Positions 27,962 to 40,171 of a DNA stretch of 62,000 nt are shown here, one piece after another. The notes below the pieces were generated by a model that saw only the letters and a program-made list of their open reading frames with translations, had not been told where the DNA came from and did no database searches. The stretch is from the NCBI GenBank assembly GCA_951406725.2, contig OX597822.1, forward strand, positions 43,544,001-43,606,000. The letters are read 5' to 3'. How positions within the stretch are numbered: the first letter of the stretch is position 1; the number at the start of each line of letters is the position of its first letter. A program made the position numbers and the translations under genes. Source of the stretch: Octopus vulgaris. Taxonomy: Eukaryota.

Positions 27962-29175
27962 GTGAATGGAAGAAATGGAGTTGAACGAAGATTGTACAGA
28001 ATTCCTTTTATTACATTCTACACATGTTTCAAAGGCCACAATTTTCCAAATTCTGATTAAATAAGGATACCATATTGCAGCTTTCTCTTCAGGAAAAACC
28101 AGGAATTACGTTGTCAGAACAAAACAAAACAGAGGCGCAGCAAAGCAATTCGAACGTGGACGCTCCTTAAGAGCCCATGGTTAAACTGTTTATCAATGTA
28201 CGTTGAAATTGGGGGGTTGGTGGGGTCCGACAAAAGGTCCGTTGGAATAATTACAGGTCAGGCCGCGGTCAAATCTAGTAGGTGAGGAATTAATGAGAAC
28301 AAGGCACATATTGTTCGCCAGAGGCCGTTTGGTAAACGGGCTTTTACAGACGGCTTTTCGATGTCCCCATTGGCGGCGTCAAACTTATCTTACATATAAA
28401 TGATACCTAAGACAATTATCACCCTATTAAAATGAAAATAATTTTTGGAAATAATTTTTGAAAAAACTTTTAAAAAAATCTATGAATAACTCTTGCAAGG
28501 GGAAATTACTCCCATTAGGCGATTGGTCGGTTTTTTTTTAGAAGCAAACGCTGGAATTATATATACCCTTATGATTCTTTGACGATGTTAATTTTTAGAC
28601 AAGTAGGCCTAGACGAACACACGAACACAGAATTTTTTCAGCCGCCTGACAGGCCTTTTTCAGCAGTGCTCATTATCTAGCGCCCCTCGCCAACATACGG
28701 CCGCGCACACATAGGCTAGTATACACATACATGCTTTTAGTTAGGTTTTGTCTCGCCCCTAAAATACACCCCGTATTCTTAAAATATTCAGAACATTAGT
28801 TTTGGTCACACAGAACATCTCCACACCCCTTGTTCTCATTAATTCCTCACCTACTAGATTTGACCGCGACCTGACCTGTAATTATTCCAACGGTCCTATT
28901 GTCGGCCCCCACCAACCCCCCGATTTCAACGTACATTGATAAACAGTTTAACCATGGGCTCTTAAGGAGCGTCCTCGTTCGAATTGCTTTGCTGCACCTC
29001 TGTTTTGTTTTGTTCGGACAACGTAATTCCTGGTTTTTCCTGAAGAGAAAGCTGCAATATGGTATCCTTATTTAATCAGAATTTGGAAAATTGTGGCCTT
29101 TGAAACATGTGTAGAATGTAATAAAAGGAATTCTGTACAATCTTCGTTCAACTCCATTTCTTCCATTCACTAATT
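27957..29175. mobile_element. non-autonomous DNA element with 348-bp terminal inverted repeats
   Basis: 27957-28304 is the near-perfect reverse complement of 28828-29175 (AATTAGTGAATGGAAGAAATGG... / ...CCATTTCTTCCATTCACTAATT); 523-bp non-coding spacer. Confidence 0.85.
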
Positions 29176-29331
29176 ATATTAAACTTCAATTATCCGCACC
29201 AACGCACGGTTGCAACACCAAATGGTCTTATCTCCAACCGTGTTTTTTTCTGCTGTGATTTTTGCTACCCAGGTATCGGTTAAACTTTTGAATAATCTGT
29301 AACAAGAAAATTCATCTTTCCATTTCAACAA

Positions 29332-29373
<42 letters not shown>

Positions 29374-29400
29374 TTTATTTAAAGCAGCAGAAAATTCAAC

Positions 29401-29447
29401 AAAACCTATTACTCTGAGTTTCCCGTTGCCGTTCATCGGACAGTTTT
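29401..29447 (-). ncRNA. minimal type I hammerhead-like motif, CCGAUGA core variant
   Basis: AAAACUGU-CCGAUGA-A[CG GCAA CG]G-GAA-ACUCAGAGU-A-AUAGGUUUU; near-palindromic helix III; GUA triplet. Confidence 0.55.
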
Positions 29448-29455
29448 TACTAGAA

Positions 29456-29502
29456 AAAACTGTCCGATGAACGGCAACGGGAAACTCAGGGTAACAGGTT
29501 TT
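29456..29502 (+). ncRNA. minimal type I hammerhead-like motif, CCGAUGA core variant
   Basis: AAAACUGU-CCGAUGA-A[CG GCAA CG]G-GAA-ACUCAGGGU-A-ACAGGUUUU; predicted cut after 29493. Confidence 0.55.
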
Positions 29503-29599
29503 GTTGAATTTTCTGCTGCTTTAAATAAAGCATATTACTCTACCACTGGTATTTGAGTACTCTTTTTTCCACCTTGTTTCACATTTATGTGTTTACTCC

Positions 29600-29641
<42 letters not shown>

Positions 29642-29739
29642 AATGTATGTATGCATGTATGTAATGTATGTATGTATGTATGTATGCAATGTATGTATGT
29701 ATGTATGCATGTATGTATGTATGTATGTGTGTGTGTGTG

Positions 29740-29950
29740 TATGTTTGTGTGTCTGTGCTTGTCCCTGCAACATCGCTTGACAACCGATGGTGGTGAGTTT
29801 ACATCCCCGTAACTTAGCGGTTCGGCAAAAGAGACCGATAGAATAAGTACTAGGCTTACAAAGAATAAGTCCTGGAGTTGATTTGCTCGACTAAAGGCGA
29901 TGCTCCAGTATGGCCGCAATCAAATGACTGAAACAATAAAAGAAAAAGAA
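29740..29950 (+). mobile_element. SINE family A tail
   Basis: Tail motif preceded by (TA)/(TATG)/(TG) linker remnants. Confidence 0.8.
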
Positions 29951-29974
29951 ATAGCCCTGTCACAAAATTTCTTT

Positions 29975-30275
29975 CGTTTAGATGCACTGAATTCGATTCC
30001 CGGAGCGGGCTCTGTGTTGTATTCTTTAGCAAGACATTTTATTTCATATTGCTCCATTGCACTCGATTGTAGAAATGAATTGCAACGTCACTGGTGCCGA
30101 GTTGTATCGGCCTTTACCTTTCCCTTGTACAACATCAGTGGCGTGCAGAGGGAAGGTTGTATGGGCGACTGCTGGTCTTCCATAAACAATCTTGCCCGGA
30201 CCTGTGCTTCGGACGGGAACTTTCTAGGTGTAATCCTATTGTCATTCATAACCAAAAGGGTTCTTTATCCTTTTT
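29975..30275 (+). mobile_element. degenerate SINE family (Meta-domain-like), related to 35850-36175
   Basis: Shared GCAAGACA..T.ATTTCA..TTGCTCCA...GAAATGA.TTGC.ACGT.ACTGGTGCC..TGTATCGGCC motif in both copies. Confidence 0.5.
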
Positions 30276-30881
30276 ACCCTTTTAAAATGCAAGAAAGAAC
30301 AAACGTGAAGTCAGCATGGCCGGATTTGAACCTAGAGTATAAATACAGATAACTAATACAGCGTGACGTTGTCTACAGCAATCCACTGTTTGCGATGTCC
30401 CCCGATATGTACGGGTAATCCACTGGTAGTGTTAAACAATTTCGATTAGTACTGATAGGGGTAGTAAAATGTAAAAGTGGCAGTAGAAGTGTCGGTAGAG
30501 GCTATAGTAACGGAATAGCTAGTAGTAGTTGTAGTGCTAGCGATAGAGTGGAAGTATGAGTGGTAGTATTAGGGTTGTAGCTGCGGTTGTGTTGGTAATG
30601 GTAAAAGTGGTAGTAGTAATAGTGGTAGCAGCGTGTGTTTTATTACTAGTATTCATAATGGTAGTTGTAGTAGTAGCTGTCATGGGGATAATTCTTTCTA
30701 TATTCAAATCATGATATGATGGCGTTCTTTCTGCTCTCGTTCTTGCTGTTGTTGTTTTTGTTGTTGTTGTTGTTGTTTTCTGTTATTGTTGCAGTTGTCC
30801 TATCAATAGCTAGCAATTAATCTTCGGAATACTTTCTGTTGAAGACATCTTCTGATACTGCTTGTGTATACGCATGAGTCA

Positions 30882-30914
<33 letters not shown>

Positions 30915-30958
30915 CGCATATATATATATGTATGTATATATTTGTATATATGCATATA

Positions 30959-31003
<45 letters not shown>

Positions 31004-31794
31004 TGTGTATGTGTGTGTGTTGTGCGTGTTTATGGATATGTGGGTATCATCTCTCTCTTACTTGTTTCAGTCATTGGACAGCGGCCATGCTGGAGCACCG
31101 CAGTCGAGTTGAAGACATCTATCACTGCACTTCTTTTCTTCTTTTATTGTTTAGTTATGTTTAGCCTGGTAATTATTCTATTGAAATCATTTTGACAGAA
31201 GTTCTAAGTTATGAGGACGTGAACACACCAACACCGGCTGTCAAGTTGTCAAGTGGTGGTGGTAGTGAATAACTACAAAGACATGCGCGAATATCCATCT
31301 ATCTATCTATCTATCATCTATCTATCTATCTATATACAGACGACAAATTCTTTCAGTTCCTCTCTACCAAATCTTTGGTTGGCCAGGACCTTTAATAGAA
31401 AACAATTCCCCAGGGTGTTTTTCAGTGGGATTGAACCTGCAACCAGATGGAAAGGAAGCATGCTTCTTACCACAGAGCCATGAGTGCAGCGTTTATTTCT
31501 AATTTGATATTATTGTATCATTTCTTTTGCCAATCTCTCAAGCTAAAAAGACGTAAACAAACTAACACCGGTCGTCATGTAGTGAAGGTCGACAAACACA
31601 ACACACACAAACTCATATATATGATGGGCAACTGAAACATTCATGGTTTTAAGGGTATTGCAAAAAGCCTGGTTACAGGCCCAAACTTGCAACTTCTTTT
31701 TACAGGGCCTAGAAAAACTGAAGGTCCACTGCAATAAATGTGTAATTCACAGAGGGGTATATATTAAATCTTTTCTACTATAGGAACAAAACTG

Positions 31795-31980
31795 AAATTC
31801 GGGGGAGGGTTAAGTCGATTATATCGACCCCAGTACTCAAATGGTACTGAATTTATCGACCCTGAAAGAATGAAAGGTAAAGCCGACCTTGGCGGAATTT
31901 GAACTCAGAATATAGCGACAGTTGAAATGACACCAAGAATCTCGCCAGGTGTGTTAACGACTCTGCTAACTCACCGCTTG
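31795..31980 (-). mobile_element. Deu/Nin-domain SINE
   Basis: ATCGACCCTGAAAGAATGAAAGGTAAAGCCGACCTTGGCGGAATTTGAACTCAGAA. Confidence 0.75.
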
Positions 31981-32116
31981 GAGTGAGGGGTGGGGAATAT
32001 GTTGAAAAACAAAATCATTGGGGGCTGATTCGCTGGTGCAAAGGTAACACTTAGTCGCGTTAACGAATGAATGTGAGTTCGACTCCCACGCGGATAGGAA
32101 AGCCTTATTTTTAAAT

Positions 32117-32286
32117 AGGCACAGGAGTGGCTGTGTGGTTAGTAGCTTGCTTGCCCGCCACATGGTTCTGGGTTCAGTCCCACTGCGTGGCACCTTGGGA
32201 GAGTGTCTTCTACTATAGCCTCGGGCCGACCAAAGCCTTGTGAGTGGATTTGGTAGACGGAAATTAACAGAAGCCCGTCGTGTATG

Positions 32287-32363
<77 letters not shown>

Positions 32364-32565
32364 TTGTGTGTCTGTGTTTGTCCCCCCAACATCGCTTGAC
32401 AACCGATGCTGGTGTGTTTACGTCCCCGTTACTTAGAGGTTCGGCAAGAGAACCGATAGAATAAGTACTAGGGTTACAAAGAATAAGTCCTGGGGACTAT
32501 TTGCTCGACTAAAGGCGCTGTTCCATCATGGCCGCAGTCAAATGACTGAAACAAATATAAGAATA
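32117..32565 (+). mobile_element. SINE family A, complete
   Basis: Head, (TA)n(TG)n linker and tail all present. Confidence 0.9.
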
Positions 32566-32929
32566 ATTAGCTGATCCTCCTCTATTTTTTTTTGCCCAAA
32601 GTCAGCAACTTTTCAGCCTCCTCTCGTATATACAACGGGTTTCCATGCAGTTTCTGTGTACCGAATTTAATCGAAGCATTGCTTGGTCCGGGGCCATAGC
32701 CATAGACATGTACCCATGCTGAAGCACTGTGAGTTTCTACATGAAACCATGTATTAACATACTGAACCTCTTAATCACACAACCATGATTTCCACTGTTA
32801 GTTTGAATCAGCATCAAGTGTTGTGTTACTATGTATTCTTGACTGTGCGTGTCGTTATATATGTATACGTGTGTGTGTATATATATATATACACGCATAT
32901 ATCTATATATGTGTGTGTATATATGTATA

Positions 32930-33148
32930 CGCGGGGGTGCTGAAGAGTTCCTTGCGTTGGGTAAAAGAAAACACGGGAGGGTCAGTTAATTGTAAACTTT
33001 ATTCAAAATATTTCTTACTCAGATTAACACACTTATTGCAGCGGTCTTTCAGAATTTCGAAGCCCTTTAAAAAGAGCTCGGAACGTCGGTCCTCTAACCA
33101 GGCCTTTCGCGACGCCCTTAAAGCCAGAAACTTTTCAGTACTCCATCG
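32930..33148. mobile_element. 219-bp mariner-derived MITE with TA target duplication
   Basis: TA|CGCGGGGGTGCTGAAGAGTTCC ... GAAACTTTTCAGTACTCCATCG|TA imperfect TIRs; the minus strand encodes a mariner-like C-terminus (WLEDRRSELFLKGFEILKDRCNKCVNL). Confidence 0.75.
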
Positions 33149-34770
33149 TATATATATATGTTCTATCGTACTTTTGCCGGTGTTGAATACATCTGGAAGT
33201 ACTTGTATACTAAATACATCCAGATGTCGAATGACAGTAGTTATAAGTTTAGTCCTTAAAGATAAAACCATTTTGCGTAACGTATATTTCCGCAAGCAGA
33301 TTTATAATCCCAGTCTGTCTGTCTGTCTGTCTGTCTATCTGTCTGTCAGTGAATATCTTTTCGCCTGCTGTCAGATTACATATTTGTTCTCTACTTCCTC
33401 AGTATTCTAGAAATTAGCAAACACTCTTCGTCTATCTGCCTATCTCTCATACATCCATCCATCCATCTTTCTCCCCCCTCTCTCTCTCTCTCTATATCTA
33501 TCTATCAGTCTATTTGTCTGTCTGTTTAACTGTTTGTCTGCCTGTATGGATGTGCACATGGGCGTGTCTGCATATGTTAATGAGTATATATATATATACG
33601 CGCACACATACGTAACTTCACGTCCACTCCTACATAGAGGCAACTAAGTGTTGATGTATTTACATATAAGTAAACTATGTAAATATGCATACACACACAC
33701 ATACACACACACACGCTTATAAAAATGCACCCACACACGAACAGACATATACACAGAATCCGACAGTGAAACACATACACACACACACACACACATACAA
33801 ACAAACAAACTAATATATAGAAATATTGCATTGTCAAAGAATGATGACGGTTGAACGGTCCGTTGCCCGGTGCGATGTGTTGTAGTGTGATTTAATACGT
33901 TACAAAGTGACGCTTCATTCAGTCGGCCATTTGTCAATTTTACCCCACCAACGCCACACGTATATTCAGCATTCAGTCCGTCTTTTGATGTTTCAAAAAC
34001 CACTCAAAACCCCTTCCCGCATCATCCCATCCCAACCTCACATGATGAACCTAACCTTGTCGCCCTCGAACCAGCCCATAACGTATATATGTTTGAATAA
34101 ATCTAATCGGTTTATACATGAGATACAATATGTAAATATGCACTCCATCCCCGTACATAGCCATCTTCATTGAAAATCACTCTGACGTTTGGAAATACTC
34201 TATTTATTTAAAATTGAAGACTTGCATATGACTGTATCTGTGTGTATGTTTGTGCGAGTGTTTGTGTGTGTGAGTGCGTGTGCGATGTTTCCTGTGTATA
34301 TGTGACGTGTGTGGTGAGGCTAGCGTGTGTGTATACAGACAAATTAAATGCACACACACATGTGTATAAGTGTGAAATATTGATGCACATATATCATATG
34401 AATATAAAGATTTGTATATATATATATGTGTGTGTGTGTATGTTTGTACATATATATATATATATATACATATATAGGTAAATAATAGAGCATATGTATG
34501 TATATATATATATATATATACATATAATAGATGCATATGTATATATATATATATATATTTACATGTACATTTATATGAATATATGTATACACTTATATAC
34601 ACAGATGCATGTATTCATTGCATATAAAAATACAAACACACAAAGACACACACATATATGTAATCCACAAACATATAAATCCATATATACATACTTTATG
34701 TCATATATATATACATATATATATGAATATATATATATACATATATATACATATATATATATATATACAT

Positions 34771-34801
<31 letters not shown>

Positions 34802-34802
34802 C

Positions 34803-34834
<32 letters not shown>

Positions 34835-35493
34835 ATATGTGAATATACGTATGTATATATTTGTTTATTTTTCAATGTGTGTTTCTGTGTGTAAGTGTAT
34901 GTATACATATACATTTATGTCTATGTGTGCACAAGTGCGTATATGTATGAATGGGTTTGTTTGAATGTATACATATGTGAAAAAATATATAGACCATGCG
35001 TGTGTGCATGTGTATGTGTGTGTATGTGAGAGAGAGAGAGAGAGAGAGAGAGAGTGAGTGGAAGCGAGAGCGGGAGAGCATATGTTCCCATCGGCATAGC
35101 TATATCCTACAGTATCACATTCCATATCAGAGCTTTGCTATTATCTAGTCCCACAATTAAAGAGAGGAATAGATTCCCAGTATGACATTAATAGCGAAAT
35201 AATCTAATTTATTGTTAAAAATTTCTTTATAATTAGTTACATCGCAAATGCTAATTGTCATTATTTAGTACGTGGTTGGGTATATGAGTGGTTTTAAAAT
35301 CTACGTTTGAAGGTGTGTCCATATGAATGATCGTTTGATAATTGTAGTGTGAAATGAAAAGATGCATCGATATGTTATATTTCGGGGTAGGTGTTGGAAA
35401 ACCGTGTAGGAAATACTTGCTATTTCATTTTAAAAATCGGAGAAGATGAAAAGTTATATTCAAATATATACAGGAATATATATATCTATGCAG

Positions 35494-35528
<35 letters not shown>

Positions 35529-35539
35529 ACATTATATAT

Positions 35540-35792
35540 ATTTCATCTAAAAACGACAGAAACATAATAAAAACTGTGACTCAAAAGTTTCATGTTCTCG
35601 TTCGTCGGACAGTTTTGTATAGAATTTTAGGATTCTAACCAAATCTGTCCGACGAACGGGAACGCGAATCTCTGAGTAACAGTTTTTGTGATATTTCTAC
35701 TACTTTTCAATAAAGCATATTACTCTACCTCTGGTATTCGAGTACTATTTTTTCCACATTGTTTCGCATTTATGTGCTTACCCAAGTGTATC

Positions 35793-35797
<5 letters not shown>
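35540..35797. mobile_element. diverged two-arm hammerhead element, same family as 29373-29601, (TA)n both sides
   Basis: Head-to-head arms around a small central hairpin; the right arm shares AATAAAGCATATTACTCTAC..CTGGTATT.GAGTAC with the 29.4-kb copy. Confidence 0.7.
35570..35616 (-). ncRNA. minimal type I hammerhead-like motif, CCGACGA core variant
   Basis: Perfect 8-bp helix I AAAACUGU/ACAGUUUU; CCGACGA; helix II closed by A-U; GAAA; helix III ACUUUUGAGU; GUC triplet. Confidence 0.55.
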
Positions 35798-35837
<40 letters not shown>

Positions 35838-35849
35838 GTGTGCGCGTTG

Positions 35850-36175
35850 ATGAGAATAATGAATGCGCGAAGCGTCAGGCTACACTCAAGAGGTTGTGAG
35901 TTCAATTTCCAAACTGGGCTGAGTGTTCTTGAGCAAGACACTTCATGTCACGTTGTTCCATTTCATTCAGCTGTAGAACTGAGTTGCGACGTGACTGGTG
36001 CCAAACTGTATCGGCCCCTTTGCCTTTCCCTTGGACATCATTAGTGATGTAGACAGGGGGAGGCTGTTATGCATGGGAGACCGCTGGGCTTTTACAAACA
36101 ACCTTGCACAGATTTGCGTTTACGAGATAAACTGTCTGGGTTTCAATCCCATCGTACTTCGTGATGGAAAGGTGT
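35850..36175 (+). mobile_element. degenerate SINE family (Meta-domain-like), related to 29975-30275
   Basis: B-box-like GAGTTCAATTTCC and the shared central motif. Confidence 0.5.
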
Positions 36176-36417
36176 CTTAAAAGGTATGAAGAGTAACGTC
36201 TGTTTTTTACGTTATAGTTATAGTAAAAATAGTTTGACATTAAACTGAAGATTTACCATTATTTTTTGTTGAAAACATATCTATGAAACATCTACATGAA
36301 GAGTGGTGGCACTGACTTCAAACATTTTGGCATGCTAACCCTCGATGGATAGATTGCCGAAGGCTAGTAGGCTTAATATTTGGAGTTACTGTCTCCACTA
36401 TTCTTGTAAAAGAATAA

Positions 36418-36515
<98 letters not shown>
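36418..36515. repeat. (TCTA)n microsatellite, 5' flank of Tx1 copy C
   Basis: About 24 units. Confidence 0.95.
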
Positions 36516-39500
36516 CGGGCCCTAAGGTCCATGTTTGGCGGACAGTTTAACATTTATTTCGCTCCCTGTCTGCCGAGGATGGGCGGTAGTGGCACCGCGG
36601 TACTTTTTCACAAGAGCCTGGATCTCGAAGTCAAGACGATATTCGTAGACCCGGAGGGTAGACTGGTCGTTCTGGATGTTGACGGCAGCAATGGGTGCGC
36701 TTTTCGACTCGTATCAGTCTACGCACCGCCCTTAACAGGTCGGGCGGATTTCTTTCGACGTCTAGAAGTATTCTTGGGAACGTCTCGTCCTTTACTCTTA
36801 GTGGGGGATTGGAATGCTACCTTGGACACGCATGTAGACTACGTGGGTAGAGACAGAAACAGAAGGGGATGCAAATGCCTCAGAGACCTGCTCAGACGAT
36901 TCCAACTGTCTGACAGGTACCGACTCGACCACCCAAATGCACCAACGTGGACATGGAGCAACCGCAGTGGGTCGTCGAGATCGTATCTAGATAGGATACT
37001 GTGTAGGACAGTAGACAAGGATAACTTAGGATGTCCACAATTCCACACAGTCAGCTACACGGATCACAAATTGGTGACGTGTACGCTAGACTTAGATAAG
37101 GCACATAGACAGGGTCCTGGGTACTGGAAACTGAACGCATCATTCCCGTCCAGACAAGTTTTCAGAGACCGGATTAGCACACTAGTAAAGAGGGCTTTGA
37201 CGGGAGCCATCATCAACAACAAATGGTGGTTTGCCCTCAAGAGAGCAGTAAAAGCAGAAGCGATTAGGTACAGCAAAGCACTAGCCATAGATAGAAATAG
37301 AGTAGAGGGTGAGCTAGTTAAGAAGCTAGAAGAGGCAATTAGAAGCGGCATCGCATCCGACGTTTTGGCGGCGAGGTTGGCCCTCGACCAACACTTCAAC
37401 GCCAAACACGAAGGATGTGCTGTCAGAGCTAGGATGCGTGCTCTAAGGAACGAAGGTGTTGGAGCCGCGAGAGAGGCCCGGGTGGCAGAGGCGCAACAGG
37501 GCAACAAAGCCACCATTCGGTCACTGGTAGATGAACAGGGGCGCGAATTGCTCGAGCCAAGTAAAATGTGTGAGGCCTTTCAGCAGCATTTTGCCCGACT
37601 GTTCGGGACGAGTGAAGGGCAAGAACGTAGGGTGGACTTCAGTGCCTACCTACATAGCCTGCCACGACTCTCGACAAGAAAGCAGGGTGCTGCGAAGGTG
37701 CCATCACGGCGGCGGGAGTGCGGGAAGCGATAGCAGAATGCTCGAGGGACAAATCACCGGGATTGGATGGTCTACCCTACGAGTTTTACAATTGTATGCC
37801 AGACTTGTTTGGAGACGTCTTGGCAGCGGTATACTGCAACTGGCAGCAAAACGGGAGCATACCCGGTTTTGTGAGTCGAGGAGCTGTAACTCTGCTGAAG
37901 AAAGATCCAAACAAGGGAAACATTATAGATAACTTTAGACCAATCACGCTGCTCAATGCAGACCTGAAAATTTTGACAAAGGTGTTAGCCAAGAGGTTGG
38001 CGCTTGTCATCAAGAAACTGGTCGACAACGCACAAACGTGCGCCGTGCCGGGCCGGAGCATCCATGACAACCTCCATCTGATGCGCTACATCATAGACAG
38101 GGTAGTTAACGAACCTGGCATGGGTGGGGCCCTGATCAACTTGGATCAATCGAAAGCCTTTGATAGGGTAGACCATCGATACTTGGAGGCAGTCCTGAGG
38201 GCGGCTGGTTTCGGTCCCGTCTTCCGCGGCTGGATAGCTGCCATGTACAGAGGCATCCGTTCGGTAATTCGCGTAAATGGACATCTATCGAGACCTTTCG
38301 ACATTGCACGTTCGGTCCGTCAGGGATGCCCCCTCTCGGCGCTTCTATACGTATTGACTCTTGAGCCACTACTGCGGAAGCTGGCGACTCTAAGGGGCAT
38401 CCCGCGAGAATTGGGATGCGGGACGAGCGTGTCTGCATACGCGGACGACGTCACCGTCATAGTGTCAAGCCACGAGCACATCGAGCGGGTCGGCGAGACA
38501 CTGAAAGACTACGAAGCGGTGACAGGAGCAAAAATCAACCGGGAAAAGACAGTGGGCTTGCGGCTCGGCACCTGGAGAAGCAAGCCCATGCCGTCCACCA
38601 GTACCTCCGTCGTGGGACGCTGGACAGACGGCCCGGTTGAGTTGCTCGGGGTCTGGTTCGGTCCGGACCTCCAAATGGAGAAGAACTGGAACGAGATAAC
38701 GAGTAGGGTGGTCACTCTCGCCCAGCAATGGGCCGAGAGGAAACTGTCCCTAAAAGGTCGGGCGGAGGTGGTGAACGCGTACATCGCGTCCATCATCTAC
38801 TACCGCCTGACCGTCGTACCTTGTCCCGACCCTACCATCACCAAACTAGAACGCATCCTCTTCCGCTTCTTGTGGAAAGGATGCGTCCCGATGGTCAGGC
38901 GATCCATTTGCTGTCAACACCCGTTAAAAGGAGGGCTGGGCATGCCGTGGTTGATGATGCGCAGACACGCGCTGAGACTGCGACATCTCCGGCTCTATGT
39001 AGACGACGGTGAACAGGTGTGGTCGCCGTTTGTGAGGCACGCATTCCCGCAACTCGTCTCCATGACCGAACTACAGTCGTGGATCAAAAAGAGGCCGAGG
39101 AAGGGCGAATGGCACCGCGAGTGTCGCGTTGCTCTCAAGCAACTCTGCCGTCCCGGGTCGACCTTGAGTGACTTCAACACAACCAAAGCATTCTATAGGG
39201 GATTAGTGGATGGGAGGTACGACGACGAGCTCGGAGCAAACCTGGGCGCCGACGAGGAATACCTGACCCGCCTGTTTCAAACGACTTTCGGCCCGGGACC
39301 TATGGACAACTTCCAGAGATCCCTGGCCTGGCGGTGCTACCGAGAAGCGCTACCCGTTCGGGATAAGCTCTACAGGCATGACTCAAGAAACACGGGGCCG
39401 ACCTGCCCGAGATGCGGGCAGAGCGACGAAACCGCTCTGCACGCAATCGTGCAGTGTCCAGCAATTTCCCACCTGTGGGCTTATGTCGAACGACTGCTGT

Positions 39501-39739
39501 CACGTGTGGGACGTGTCGGTTTATCAGCCGAGTCTATCGTTAATATCGTCACGCCTCCTTCCTTCAAACGGGAAGGAAGAGCTATTTTTATCATACTTGT
39601 GGCTATGGCGAAAGAATGTATCTGGTGGACGCGCCTGAAAGGATTAGAGACAAACACTTTCCTCTCTGGTCAATCTCTCATCAACTTCTTCAAGTATCAC
39701 TTGAAGAGGAAAGTGAGTAGAGAGGCAAGTTTTGTCTAG
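36516..39739 (+). pseudogene. Tx1 ORF2, nearly intact (EN, RT, zf-RVT)
   Basis: ORFs 36345-37733 and 37718-39739; apparent 1-nt loss near 37680 and 2-nt loss near 39715 relative to sister copies; YADD and QGCPLS intact. Confidence 0.9.
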
Positions 39740-40171
39740 TGAATGTTTTAAAAAAAGATGGGTGAATGTAGCAAGGATGGCACGTATGAATGACGAAGCC
39801 ACCTTGACTATGATTCTATGAACCATAAAAATTAATACAGAGAGTTGCTTATTTGCAAAAAAAAAAAAAAAAAAAAGAAATATAACATGTGACTTCATTG
39901 ACCGAGGTTACCGTGGTCTTTTCCGTAGGCTTTTCTTTCCACGGGTAAACCTCACCTGTCCTCCCCTTTACACTTCATATTGACATTTCTGTGATAACGA
40001 TCCCTATTATTCATTTTTTTTCTCCCCCCCTTTTTTTTGTCCTTTTTTCTTTCCTTTTACGATCCCTTTTGATCGAAAACCACCACTCTCTTTTTTTTAC
40101 CCCCAAAAGAAAAGCTCTACCTTGTAATTTGTTCTATCTGTGTGCAGCCCTGTGTGGCTAATAAAGAAACA
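36516..40171 (+). mobile_element. Tx1-clade LINE copy C, 5'-truncated inside the endonuclease
   Basis: Begins CGGGCCCT (also present in the copy B EN region near 16105); ends AATAAAGAAACA then TATC repeats. Confidence 0.92.

Larger units (their letters stand above)
29373..29601. mobile_element. palindromic twin-hammerhead element flanked by (TA)n on both sides
   Basis: 158-bp palindrome 29373-29530 centred on CTAG (3 mismatches by eye); the right arm extends to 29601; a related copy is at 35540-35797. Confidence 0.8.
31621..32626. mobile_element. mariner-derived MITE split by later SINE insertions
   Basis: Pieces at 31621-31770, about 31990-32020 and 32565-32626 match, in order, the reverse complement of the intact MITE at 32930-33148. 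Confidence 0.65.

Noticed and set aside
36345-36515. Apparent novel N-terminal extension of the Tx1 endonuclease ORF
   Set aside because: The frame is open only because (TCTA)n has no stop codon on this strand; the element starts at 36516.
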